From Haliotis cracherodii (Eukaryota): a stretch of 64,000 nt of DNA. Positions 24,290-37,260 of the stretch are shown piece after piece. The translations under genes and the position numbers were made by a program. How positions within the stretch are numbered: position 1 is the first letter of the stretch; every line of letters begins with the position of its first letter. The stretch covers positions 59,148,001 through 59,212,000 of the forward strand of contig NW_027266275.1 in assembly GCF_022045235.1 (NCBI RefSeq), read 5' to 3'. The notes beneath the pieces were generated by a model that made no database searches, had not been told where the DNA came from, and saw only the letters and a program-made list of their open reading frames with translations.

Positions 24290-27200
24290 ATGGCGGTGCA
24301 ATTCATCTCATCGGTGTTCCTGTTTTCCCTCTTCTCTCATGTTTACTGTGACGGAGCCATCAAGGGGTTGGATCAAAGTGATGATGGTTCTTCCGGAACA
24401 ATCAGTTTCAAAACACCCGAGTTGGACGATGAAGATGCTTACAGCTTTCATATGCCCTCATCTCTCAAGTGTGACGGATGCAGGGTGATTGCACATTTGG
24501 TGAGTGCGGAAGTATACGTGTCCATACTGACGATGTTGCTTTGTTGTCAGACTTTTGTGAATTGCTGTTGAACGTTGTTTACTTCAGAAGTGGGCGTGGC
24601 ACTTTTGTTTTATGGGTTGACTGGGAGTGTCATTATGGAGATTACATGGGTTATAAGATTTGAGACAGTTATGTGTATTGGAGGACTTAGGTTCTTTGGA
24701 ATCAATAGCATATCGGACTGAAACGTTTAAACTTAAATTCTATATGGCCCCAACAAATGTAGATTGTCATCAAAGTAAATTAACCTGTTAAAAGATATGT
24801 GGCGGGTAGCATATAGTTTTGTTAAAATAAAAATAATAATACACGAAACTGTTCAACAGCTGTTCATGGCATCTGTGTGCCTGTTCACATTTAGATTATT
24901 AGGACATACCTAACATATGCATACTTTGGATTATAGATTGGTATTTGGACTGTATTTGCTTCTAACCTTTACATCCAAATGAATAAATAATATCATTATT
25001 AATGTTAGTCAGTGATTTTGAAGTAGACAAATGCTGCTTAAATGACATGAAAACGTACTGAAACATGTATATGAATTTATCAAATTTGGAAAGGACATTC
25101 TTCTATGCCAGTATCAGTTTTGAAAAGAATATAGGGCTAACAGTCAGTCAATGAATGTGAAGCAGTCTGTACCACATGTGTAATGATAGTCCTTTATACA
25201 TTTTAAAGGGGTTCGGTGTGGTGTGGTCATGGTGGCCATTTCTAGTCTAGGCCTAGATGTAATTAGTGCTATGTGAGAAACTGACTATGGCTGTGTGTGT
25301 TAGGACACCTTCCAATAGGATTTGGTAGGGTTGCATATGTAGCTATGCAAATTGCAGATAATACCAAGGTTCGTCAGGTAAGTGTTTTGCAAGCATGAAT
25401 CCTGCTTCATGTCTTATTGTTCAAATGTTATTAATTAAATAAACGTTAAACAACCATATACTAATACCAGTGACTGAATCTTATACTTTTACATTAATGA
25501 AGAGTGGGAATGTTGAATCATGTATTTATAGCTTGTGTCAGATTCTTTTCAGTTGGTATGTGTCAGAGCTCCAGATAACCTGTGTAATTGACTAATGTTT
25601 GAAATATATCATTATTTCCCAGTTCAGGTTGAGTTGATTGCATACAGATACACATGAAACATTTCTTAACCCCAACAGTATAACAACACTGCCTAATTCC
25701 CCATATATCCGACCACCTCCGTGGCCTAGTGGAAGGAATGAACATAAACCAGAGCTCCAGATAAGCTTTTGGTGTTGTGGGTATTTTACCCATGCATTTT
25801 AAAATCATTGGGTATCAGTAATTCTATCTGGGTATTCAAATTTCTGTTACCCTCTTGTTTTTACACATGTGGGTAATTAAGTTAAATATTTAAAAACACT
25901 ATTCATTTAGTCCCTGCAAACTGGTGTTCGAGAGCTTTATAGGACTAAAAAATACCACGATACTTCCATAAGAAAGTGTGATGGCAAATGATCATGATGT
26001 AACTGTCATCGTGGAGTTTGGCAAGGTTGACGGAATGTCCGTATATAATTTCAAAATAAGTTGCTGATTTGCTAATCGAATATACAGGGTGACTTCACAA
26101 TATTTTGATGATATGCACAAGTTTTATTTGTGTAGCGTATCTGTAATGTTCGTTGCGTATTTGATAAGCTTGAATATTATTTTACTGCATATTTCGGCAT
26201 TTCTGATGCGTATTTTACGCAGATACTCAGTTTATCAGGAGCTCTGTAAACTACCCAATGGTAGATAACATATATTAAAACAGTACATGATAAGAGTAGG
26301 AGATTAAACTGCTAGAGAATAAAAGGACAAAAAATTCTCTAACAATACCCTAATTAGCATAGAGACACAACAGTGCCGGATCGCACTGACTTCGAGACAT
26401 TTACGACTAGGGAGGCACTACAATCACAGGACCGTGACGAACTGAATGGAAATCTGTTTAATCTAATTATTAACTGGATAATCTTGGATGGAATCCTGAT
26501 CATGTTTTATGTATAGAATGACTTGTTTATGCATCCTTTCTTCCAGATGCATTCCAAGTTTGACAAGATTCATAAGAATAGACCGTCTGTGAAAACTTTA
26601 CCAGAACATGAGATTCTCGACATCTTTGAAGTCGTTTGTACAGATAAGTTTGAAAGGTAAGTCAGGATCACAGTTATCTGGGAAAGAGTCCAAGTGATCT
26701 AATATAGCCTGTGCAGTTTGACTACTTGTGTGGTGGTTGTGTCATCTTGTTGGTTGTCAGTTGTCTCTGCTGAAAATACTTTGTTTCAGAATCAGGAGCT
26801 GTATTCAACTTTGGCTGTTGTTTACAATATATCAAAATGATGTTTTACTCTTGTTTGTCGAAAACAATGTGAGCAGTGTAACAAGTAATATGATCTCTAA
26901 TAAGATCTCCCATAATTATAACATTGATTACTGTATTCGATGTAATAAGCGCTCAGCTCTAATAAGCGCCCATGGCGATATTTGCTAATGTATTGTCTAG
27001 TGAACAATCCCAATTAGCACATCTTCCGATTAGTAGTCCATTTACTGTATTTTCTCTGATCAAAAAAGAGATATTTAATAAAGAAAGCCAAACTGTGAAA
27101 TTTCTGTTGTGCGCATGCATGTATTTAGTTGTAAATGACCTTTAAAAAATCTATTGATTGTTTTATGAATATTTAACATTCTTATCTGTGTTTCTTAATA

Positions 27201-29085
27201 TAGAAGAAAATTATGTTTGGAAAAATTTACATTATTATCTATTTTACCATATACAGCTGTGGGGTGAAGGACATCAAGGGAGTTAAGCGGTTGTCAGGCC
27301 CCGGGCTGGAGACAGCTGATGTCCCCGGGGTGATGCAGGGGGGTGGCAAATGGCCTGGCAGGTGAGTTGCCTGTTTTCTCATTAGGCTTGACATGTACAC
27401 AGGAACCAGGGGTGATCCAGTTGTCTGAGGCCGCTCAATTTACAGTGCAGGTAGAATAGGTCTTCAGCAACCCATGCTTGCAGTAAAAGGTGACTATGCT
27501 TGTCGTAAGAGGCGAGTAAGGGGATCGGGTGGTCAGGCTCGCTGAATTAGTTGATGCATGTCATCGATCCCAATTTCGTGGATCGATGCTCATGATGTCA
27601 ATCACTGGAGTCTGGTCCAGACTATTACTCACAGACCGCCGTCATATAGCTGGAATATTGCTGAGTGCGGCGTTAAACAACAAACCGACCAACCAGAGTG
27701 CAGGGGAACCAGTAGGGAATCCAGGGAAAGAATATGTTCCCAGAAACCTATGCTCGTTGTAAGAGGTGACTAAATGGATTGGGTGGTCATGCTTGGTGAT
27801 TTGAGTGATACATGTCATCATCTCCCAATTGTCTGGATCGATGCTCATGATATCAATCACTGGATCGTATGATCCAGACCTCATATTGCTGGAATATTGC
27901 AATGTGCATTGTTAAACAACAAACACACACAGTGCAGGTGCTTTGTTTTACGCATACTGAACATTCATTTGCAGTCTGTGCCCTATACATATGGTCTCTC
28001 AGCATGAATTTCAGAAGATCTTAGGACTGCCTCCTTGGTCTGGTGGTAGAGTGTCTGCCTGGAGAGTGGAAGGTCCGGGGTTCGATCCCCGGCCTTGTCA
28101 CACAAAAATATGTTAAAAGATGGCACTTGTTTTTACCCTGTCTGGTGCTCGGCATTAAGGGGCTAAAACAAGGACTGGTCGGCTCGGAGTCAGTATACTG
28201 TGTCTGAATGGGATATTCATGTTAAACTGCGGCATGGTATCTCAGTGAGCTAGCACTATAAATGGGCATCAGTCCGGACTAGTACAAGCAGCCACACAAA
28301 CACACACGTACATGCATATTGCTATATAAGTGCAATAATCTTGGATGCGACCCCATTTCACCTCAGGGGCGGTTGGGTAGCCTAGTGGTTAAAGCGTTCG
28401 CTTGTCACGCTGAAAAGACCCGGTTTCGATTCCCGACATGGGTTCAATGTGTGAAGCCCATTTCTGGTGTCCCCGCCGTGATATTGCTGGTATGTTGCTA
28501 AAAGTGGTGTAAGACCAAACTCACTCACTCACTCACTCACCCATTTTACCTCACCAATAGATTTTAGTGTTAAAATATGGACTATTATCAGCTAGACCAA
28601 ACACCAAACTACGCGACAAAACAAAACTTTAGTAGACTCAGACTTTGGACCAGCTGCTGAAATTGCAGACTGCATATGTTTTATAGGTGATCAGATATAC
28701 AAAGTGTAATCATTTTACAGCACTTCATCCAACTCACGTGGTATATATGTCATCATCCAAAGAATCACAGTACCAAATAGCAATTGCTTGACATGTTATT
28801 TGTAATCATCTTACATCTTTGTTGAGTTGAGATCACAAAATGTGCCCCTCCTTCCCATGAACCTGTGAGTGGTTGTCATGTGTGTGGCGTTGTGTTGGCA
28901 GGCTGCAGCAGATGTGCCAGAACTACGTCGGGGAACTGGGGGAGGAGGAGATCTACCACGCCTACAAGGAGCACGGCAAGCACCTCGAGAAGTTCCTGTG
29001 TTACGGAGAGGGCGTACAGGGGGACTGTAGCTCGCTTAACAAGACCAAGAAGAAGAAAGGGAAGAAGTCGAAGGAAGAGTTGTGA
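24290..29085 (+). CDS. MZB1: MZB1/pERp1-like (canopy/saposin-fold) ER-luminal protein, ~202 aa; exons 24290-24499, 26547-26656, 27257-27361, 28902-29085
   Basis: Signal peptide; HMPSSLKCDGCRVIAH (CxxC); GVKDIKGVKRLSGPGL...GGGKWPGRLQQMCQNYVGELGEEEIY matches MZB1-family motifs; C-terminal KEEL ER-retention signal. All introns GT-AG and in phase. Confidence 0.9.
27449..27695 (+). mobile_element. GACCCGTGAAGATCC-family element (5'-truncated), followed by a second degenerate copy to ~27925
   Basis: TGCTTGTCGTAAGAGGCGA core and GCGGCGTTAAACAACAAAC tail. Confidence 0.75.
28025..28540 (+). mobile_element. Two adjacent tRNA-derived SINEs of different families (28025-28362; 28366-28540)
   Basis: Each has an A/B-box head; the second ends in (ACTC)n. 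Further copies of the second family at ~30795-30950, 30960-31120, 36610-36770, 41445-41596 (-) and 60730-60845 (-). Confidence 0.8.
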
Positions 29086-29300
29086 AGTGTGATTCAAGAA
29101 TATGTGTGACATTAAGGGGTGATTGTCATATTTGTGTGACATCAAGGAGATGATTGTCTTGTTTGTGTGTGACATCGAGGGGGTGATTGTTATGTTTGTG
29201 TGCGACATCACAGGATGATCATCATGTTTGTGTTTGTCACCAAGGGATGATTGTCATGTTTGGTAAATATATGTGTGTTGAGGGGATGAATGTTGTAGAT

Positions 29301-29997
29301 GTTGACATACTTGTAGTGGGGAGAATCCATGATTGTGTGACATGTTTATGTTGACATACTTGTAGTGGGGAGTATCAGTGATCGTGTGACATGTTTATGT
29401 TGACATACGTGTAGTGGGGAGTATCAGTGATCGTGTGACATGTTTATGTTGACATACGTGTAGTGGGGAGTATCAGTGGTCGTGTGACATGTTTATGTTG
29501 ACATACATGTAGTGGGGAGTATCAGTGATCGTGTGACATGTTTATGTTGACATACATGTAGTGGGGAGTATCAGTGATCGTGTGACATGTTTATGTTGAC
29601 ATACATGTAGTGGGGAGTATCAGTGGTCGTGTGACATGTTTATGTTGACATACGTTTAGTGGGGAGTATCAGTGATTGTGTGACATGTTTATGTTGACAT
29701 ACGTGTAGTGGGGAGTATCAGTGATCGTGTGACATGTTTATGTTGACATTCGTGTAGTGGGGAGTATCAGTGATCGTGTGACATGTTTATGTTGACATAC
29801 TTGTAGTGGGGAGAATCCATGATCGTGTGACATCTTTATGTTGACATACGTGTAGTTGGGAGCATCAGTGATCGTGTGACATGTTTATGTTGACATATGT
29901 GTAGTTGGGAGTATCAGTGATCGTGTGACATGTTTATGTTGACATACGTGTAGTGGGGAGTATCAGTGGTCGTGTGACATGTTTATGTTGACATACA
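29301..29997. repeat. 49-bp minisatellite, ~14 units, just downstream of the MZB1-like stop codon
   Basis: Unit GTTGACATACGTGTAGTGGGGAGTATCAGTGATCGTGTGACATGTTTAT; preceded by degenerate ~30-bp TGTGTGACATC repeats (29103-29270). Confidence 0.95.
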
Positions 29998-32900
29998 AGG
30001 TCGTGATGGTTGGTGTGTTTGTGTACTGGTACATGTACATGTATGTACGTTGAGAAATTATTACGGAGTTGATTATTGAATGAAGATTCTGTGTAGTTCC
30101 TGGCTTTTAACAACAAGTAACGATGTGGGTATGATGTCTCGGGTCCTGTTTCTGTATCAGGGGAGGAGTTAAGGACATAAGCTGATACCCAGATTCCAGA
30201 GTGTCCCTTGCAAGGCATCAACTTCAAGTCAAGTCAGATTTCTGCTAGGGATCTCGACATGTTGAACATACTGCTATGCAGTGAAACTTGCAGACTGGTA
30301 CTGTGACTGAAGTGCAATAAAGCTTCTAGCCAGTGTTACACTAAAAATCCCTATCATATTTTCCCAGAAGACTTTGATTTGTTCATCTTCACATTAAATG
30401 AGCACACTACAGATTTACAGTGAACAAACAATAGAAACTGACAGAATTTTACTGGTTATGCAGCACTGTATAAAGCTATTAAAGATGTTCTACGAAGTGT
30501 CCAATGAAAAGATAATGTTATTTTATTAATTGATCTTGTCCATTAAAGTCAAAAGTGTGGGATGGAAAGAAAGGGATTGGTCCAGAATTGTTTAAATAGC
30601 TGGGGAAAACTGCCTCTCTGACAATGTATCGCATGTAACTGGGCCTACTGGCAGAAATGTTTTCAAGTAGGCAGTGATAACATGAAAAAAACCCTGATAC
30701 TGTATTAAATAAGCATTGGCAAAAACATTGCTATAATGTTATATTAATGAGATGGTTAGTAGTTGCTGACAATATTGTGTCATGCTCAACATGGGCAGTG
30801 GAGTAGTCTACTGGTTAAAGCTTTGTCCTGTTACCCGAATCCCTGGCTTCAATTCTCAATATGAGTACAATGTGAGCCCCATTTCTGGTGTCCCCCTGCA
30901 GTGATATGGTGGGAATAATGCTGAAAGGGATGCAAGACCCTACTCACTGATACCTTCAAGGGGCGGTCGGGTAGCCTAGTGGTTAAAGTGTTCACTTGTC
31001 ACGCCTTAGACCCGGGTTCGATTCCCATCATGGGTACAATGAGTGAAGCCCATTTATCGTGTCCCCCGCCGTGATATTGCTGGAATGTTGCTAAAAGCGG
31101 TGTAAAACCTTACTCACTCATACCTACTGTAATTAATCAAAGGCTAACATGAACATATGCAGATATCCAAGTATGTGGGAACACCAAGCGGTTGAAGGGT
31201 ACCAGTTTCTATATTTGGCATAGTTAGGGACCAATCATTTGTTATAGCTGCTAGTGGGTCAGAGGGAATCATGGGAGCATCGCCAAAAATATGACTTGTC
31301 TCTTGCGGAGTGTTAGAAAAAAGAAATACACATATTTTTGGAGGGTCAAGACAAAAATGTACAAGGATGTGGGGAGGGTCATATGTAATTATTTTCAGTA
31401 CAAAAATGCATCAAAAGCCTCTTGCCACCCCTATGTAATAAATGACCTGTCCCTTAGGGGTCAACAAAGCCAGGGTACACAGTGCTGTGGTGCAAGTCTG
31501 ACATGAGTTTAATGCAACAATATCTTCATTCATTACTTTGTACACAGGGATATGTGCAAATAAAGTGAGAATGTTACTTGGTGAAGAATATTTTAATAAT
31601 AGAAGTATGTTGTTCTGCAGCAGGCAGGAATCTGAATGTGTGTGTGGACAGAATGTATGAGGCAGACTTACGGTTATAAATATGGCAGTTTTCATATCGT
31701 ACCCCATATCAACAGGAGACCCCATATCAGCCTAAGGGCTAATGTGGGGGTCGAGGGTTGATATGGGGTTTGATATGAAAAATGCAATATAACCATTTTA
31801 TCATATACCATTACATAATATTGGAAAATGTATCCATTTGCAAGTGAATGCAAAACATTTTCACGTTTGGATGTCATTATCACAGGAAAGCTAGCTGAGC
31901 AGACGAAAAATTAAGGGACGTAACTCTAATTTCTTACCGTCTGGGCTGATATTGACCGCCCATTCAAAATGCATTAACAAGCCATATCAGCAGAGCAGGG
32001 GATGTAATACGACTCCCCCTGTGATATGACCATCTCCATGTTGGCTCTATCGCACATGCAAAATGCCTCATATCATTGATAGGTATACAATAATTGTACA
32101 TATTTAATGTTTACTGATTGAGATGTTTTCCCTAGAATTAAACCATTGTGATTATGTCACGCTGATGTTGTTGCAGTTGATTCTGAGCCAGGATTTCACT
32201 GGCCATTCAGGAGGTGCATTTTGTGCAAGTGATTTGTATCAACCATAGCATGGTTTGAACTTCCTGAAATGTTTGAGAGCAGATTCATCCATAAACAACA
32301 CTGTCATGTCGGACTATGTTGGTGTACATTCCTGTCTGTGTACAGTGTGTTTTAGCAGTTTAATTTCCTCATGCTTTTATTCATACTATCATATACTTCA
32401 CAAGTCATTTTGTTCAATCATGAAATTGTTGGTTCAATCCTTTTCAGTTGTCACTTGTGGTCATTTAGTGTTCCCTTGTGATGGTACGGAGGCAGTGTAT
32501 TTGCCAGTAACCCAATAAACCACAAAGTGGCTAACATATGACAATGATAGTAATCTTTGTTGTCTACAAATAATCAACTTTTCACAGTTGGTACCGGGTA
32601 TGTACAAAGCAGTCCATTATTGTGGAGGTTTTTCATATTCATCTACTAAAGCTGTGAAGTGTTTGGTCGGCCTGTGATATGGACTACAGAGTTTCCCTCC
32701 GTTCTGCTGCTTTTCTTTCACACCTTGAAGTCCACTCGAGTCCTTTCATCTATTTGTGCAGAAACAACCGATGTGGTATCACAGCAGTTCACATCAATCC
32801 CAGTAATGCATTGCCCTGTGTAACCTGGGGCGTAGCGTAGGCAGGGAAGAGAACTTCATCACAAACATATGCCGTTATACTATCAATTCTTCTAGGCCTC

Positions 32901-33781
32901 AGTGATTAGAGACAAACCATTATGTATCAGTACTGAATGAGATGTACATATTTATATTTGATACTTTATGTTATATATACATGTTAAACAGATATATATA
33001 TGAAATCTAGATGTATAGTTCAGGATCTTTTAAGTTATAGAATCTCTATGACTGAGAAAGAATCGGATGTTTGATGTTCATATATTCAATTGTTAATGCG
33101 AGAAAAGGTGTTTTTTAAACATTCAATGCTACAATGAATTTGGAAATTACTTGATTTTGACTGGTCAATCAGAGGTTTCAAACCACAGTTACCACAACTG
33201 ATGATTTGAGGAATGCCTCAAAGCGGAAGCTAATATACAAAGAAATTCCTCAATAATTTTGGTAGGCATTTTGAATTAATATGTACAGATTTAACTGTGC
33301 TAAATTTATGATTTGAAACTTCTGCATGATTACATAGTATGTTTATGTCTTAAGTATATGTGCCCTTCAAACAAAATTCAAACATCATAACAATTTCTTC
33401 AAAAATGAGTTTGTACAAGTTATTTTATTGTGGCAATCCATAGCAAATTCTTAAGATTGTATTTGAACTCTTGTTGCTGTATATCATCAGGTCTTATTGA
33501 CAAATTCTTAATAAATTGAAAATAAATTGTTAAACAGTTTGTGTTCTTTGTTTTCAAAGGGAATAGTGTTGCCATTATCACCTGTCCTGTAGAATATCTG
33601 TCTGAATCAATACAATTAGCAGTTGGTAGGCCATGGTGTTCTGTATCATTGTCGGTAATAGGACAACGTTGTTGTAATCAAAGGCTCCATGACACAGCCA
33701 ACTCTGCTGTATCATGACGACAACCGTGTCTAGGTCAGCAATATAAGAGCTACATGTATACTACTGCAGCCTGGAACACCC

Positions 33782-36300
33782 AACCAGCAGTCATAGTCAG
33801 CGACATCAGAGCTATACCACTACAGCCTTGACTAACCAGCAGTCATAGTCAGCGACATCAGAGCTATACCACTACAGCCTTGACCAACCAGCAGTCATAG
33901 TCAGCGACATCAGAGCTATACCACTGCAGCCTTGACCAACCAGCAGTCATAGTCAGCGACATCAGAGCTATACCACTACAGCCTTGACCAACCAGCAGTC
34001 ATAGTCAGCGACATCAGAGCTATACCACTACAGCCTTGACCAACCAGCAGTCATAGTCAGCGACATCAGAGCTATACCACTACAGCCTTGACTAACCAGC
34101 AGTCATAGTCAGCGACATCAGAGCTATACCACTACAGCCTTGACCAACCAGCAGTCATAGTCAGCGACATCAGAGCTATACCACTGCAGCCTGGACCAAC
34201 CAACCAACCAGCAGTCATAGTCAGCGACATCAGAGCTATACCACTACAGCCTTGACTAACCAGCAGTCATAGTCAGCGACATCAGAGTTATACCACTACA
34301 GCCTTGACCAACCAGCAGTCATAGTCAGCGACATCAGAGCTATACCACTACAGCCTTGACCAACCAGCAGTCATAGTCAGCGACATCAGAGCTATACCAC
34401 TACAGCCTTGACCAACCAGCAGTCATAGTCAGCGGCATCAGAGCTATACCACTACAGCCTTGACCGACCAACAGACCAACCAGCAGTCATAGTCAGCGAC
34501 ATCAGAGCTATACCACTACAGCCTTGACCAACCAGCAGTCATAGTCAGCGACATCAGAGCTATACCACTACAGCCTTGACCAACCAGCAGTCATAGTCAG
34601 CGACATAAGAGCTATACCACTGCAGCCTTGACGAACCAGCAGTCATAGTCTGCAACATAAGAGCTATACCACTTCAGCCTTGACCAACCAACCAACCAGC
34701 AGTCATAGTCAGCGAAATAAGAGTTATACCACTGCAGCCTTGACCAACCAACCAGCAGTCATAGTCAGCAACATAAGAGCTATACCACTTCAGCCTTGAC
34801 CAACCAACCAACCAGCAGTCATAGTCAGCGACATTAGAGCTATACCACTACAGCCTTGACCAACCAACAGACCAACCAGCAGTCATAGTCAGCAACATAA
34901 GAGCTATACCACTTCAGCCTTGACCAACCAACCAGCAGTCATAGTCAGTAACATAACAGCTATACCACTTCAGCCTTGACCAACCAACCAACCAGCAGTC
35001 ATAGTCAGCGAAATAAGAGTTATACCACTGCAGCCTTGACCAACCAACCAACCAGCAGTCATAGTCAGCGGCATCAGAGCTATACCACTACAGCCTTGAC
35101 CGACCAACAGACCAACCAGCAGTCATAGTCAGCGACATCAGAGCTATACCACTACAGCCTTGACCAACCAGCAGTCATAGTCAGCGACATCAGAGCTATA
35201 CCACTACAGCCTTGACTAACCAGCAGTCATAGTCAGCGACATCAGAGCTATACCACTACAGCCTTGACCAACCAGCAGTCATAGTCAGCGACATCAGAGC
35301 TATACCACTGCAGCCTGGACCAACCAACCAACCAGCAGTCATAGTCAGCGACATCAGAGCTATACCACTACAGCCTTGACTAACCAGCAGTCATAGTCAG
35401 CGACATCAGAGTTATACCACTACAGCCTTGACCAACCAGCAGTCATAGTCAGCGACATCAGAGCTATACCACTACAGCCTTGACCAACCAGCAGTCATAG
35501 TCAGCGACATCAGAGCTATACCACTACAGCCTTGACCAACCAGCAGTCATAGTCAGCGGCATCAGAGCTATACCACTACAGCCTTGACCGACCAACAGAC
35601 CAACCAGCAGTCATAGTCAGCGACATCAGAGCTATACCACTACAGCCTTGACCAACCAGCAGTCATAGTCAGCGACATCAGAGCTATACCACTACAGCCT
35701 TGACCAACCAGCAGTCATAGTCAGCGACATAAGAGCTATACCACTGCAGCCTTGACGAACCAGCAGTCATAGTCAGCAACATAAGAGCTATACCACTTCA
35801 GCCTTGACCAACCAACCAACCAGCAGTCATAGTCAGCGAAATAAGAGTTATACCACTGCAGCCTTGACCAACCAACCAGCAGTCATAGTCAGCAACATAA
35901 GAGCTATACCACTTCAGCCTTGACCAACCAACCAACCAGCAGTCATAGTCAGCGACATTAGAGCTATACCACTACAGCCTTGACCAACCAACAGACCAAC
36001 CAGCAGTCATAGTCAGCAACATAAGAGCTATACCACTTCAGCCTTGACCAACCAACCAGCAGTCATAGTCAGTAACATAACAGCTATACCACTTCAGCCT
36101 TGACCAACCAACCAACCAGCAGTCATAGTCAGCGAAATAAGAGTTATACCACTGCAGCCTTGACCAACCAACCAACCAGCAGTCATAGTCAGCGACATTA
36201 GAGCTATACCACTACAGCCTTGACCAACCAACAGACCAACCAGCAGTCATTGTCGGCAACATAAGAGCTATACCACTGCAGCCTTGACCAACCAACCAGA
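33782..36300. repeat. 52-bp minisatellite with variable (ACCA)n and a 1124-bp higher-order duplication
   Basis: Unit AACCAGCAGTCATAGTCAGCGACATCAGAGCTATACCACTACAGCCTTGACC. Diagnostic variants recur 1124 nt apart (CTGGACC at 34191 and 35315; AGCGGC at 34431 and 35555). Confidence 0.95.
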
Positions 36301-37260
36301 AGTCACTGGTCAATAGTGAGAGTATCTAAATGTTAATTTCTAGGTGGTTCTCATCCCAGTTGCAAGTGGAATGGAATTTGTAGTGAAATCTTTAGCCACT
36401 AAATAAGCAAAGAATAATGTAGCCTGGTTCATGTGATAAGACAGAAACTAGTGTCATTTATTTAATTACATATTACTGGCATGAACCTATCTGAACACCA
36501 TTGTGTTGCTGTTTCTCAAAGGATTATAAAAGATCTTTTATATCAATTTGCTTATACGACATTTTAACACCATCAATAGTCAGACTCATCTTAGATCTTT
36601 CAGATATGAGGGGCGATTGGGTAGCCTAGTGGTTAAAGTGTTCTCTCGTCACGCTGAAGACCCGGGTTTGATTCCCGACATGGGTGCAATGTGTAAAGCC
36701 CATTTCTGGTGTCCCCTGCCGTGATATTTCTGGAATATTGCTTAAAGCTGTGTAAAACCATACTCACTCAATTTCAGATACAAAGAAGTTAACAAGAAAG
36801 CAAAACATCACAATCAAAGAGTTTAATATCATATTCATTACCTGAGTAGACATGGTAGAAGATGATATTTCTGAAACCATCACACGGAATACAGTATTCT
36901 AAATATATATTCAGAATAACATAACTTGTATATAAAGTATAATGTAAATCACTCATCACTTTAATAACAAGACATCATCCCTTTACAACATTCTGATTGT
37001 AGAAGAATGTCACGCAGACCTCAATGGGGAGGTGTTCCTGTTGCCATGACCTGTCTGAGAACCATGGCTTCTGTCAGCCTTCAGATAGATCTTGGTAACA
37101 GGGAGTGGAGCTGTGTTCCAAAGGCAGGCAGTATGCTGCTGCCATGGTATTCATCCCATATGCTGCACACAACTCTGGTCACATTTATCTGCATATATTC
37201 CGGCCTAATACTGTACACACTTCACTAGGACAATCCACACATCTCCAGCTTCAGCCTGTG

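Noticed and set aside
33782-36300. CRISPR-like appearance of the regular arrays (also 29301-29997 and 22434-22645)
   Set aside because: Units are head-to-tail with no unique spacers, there are no cas genes, and the context is eukaryotic; these are minisatellites.
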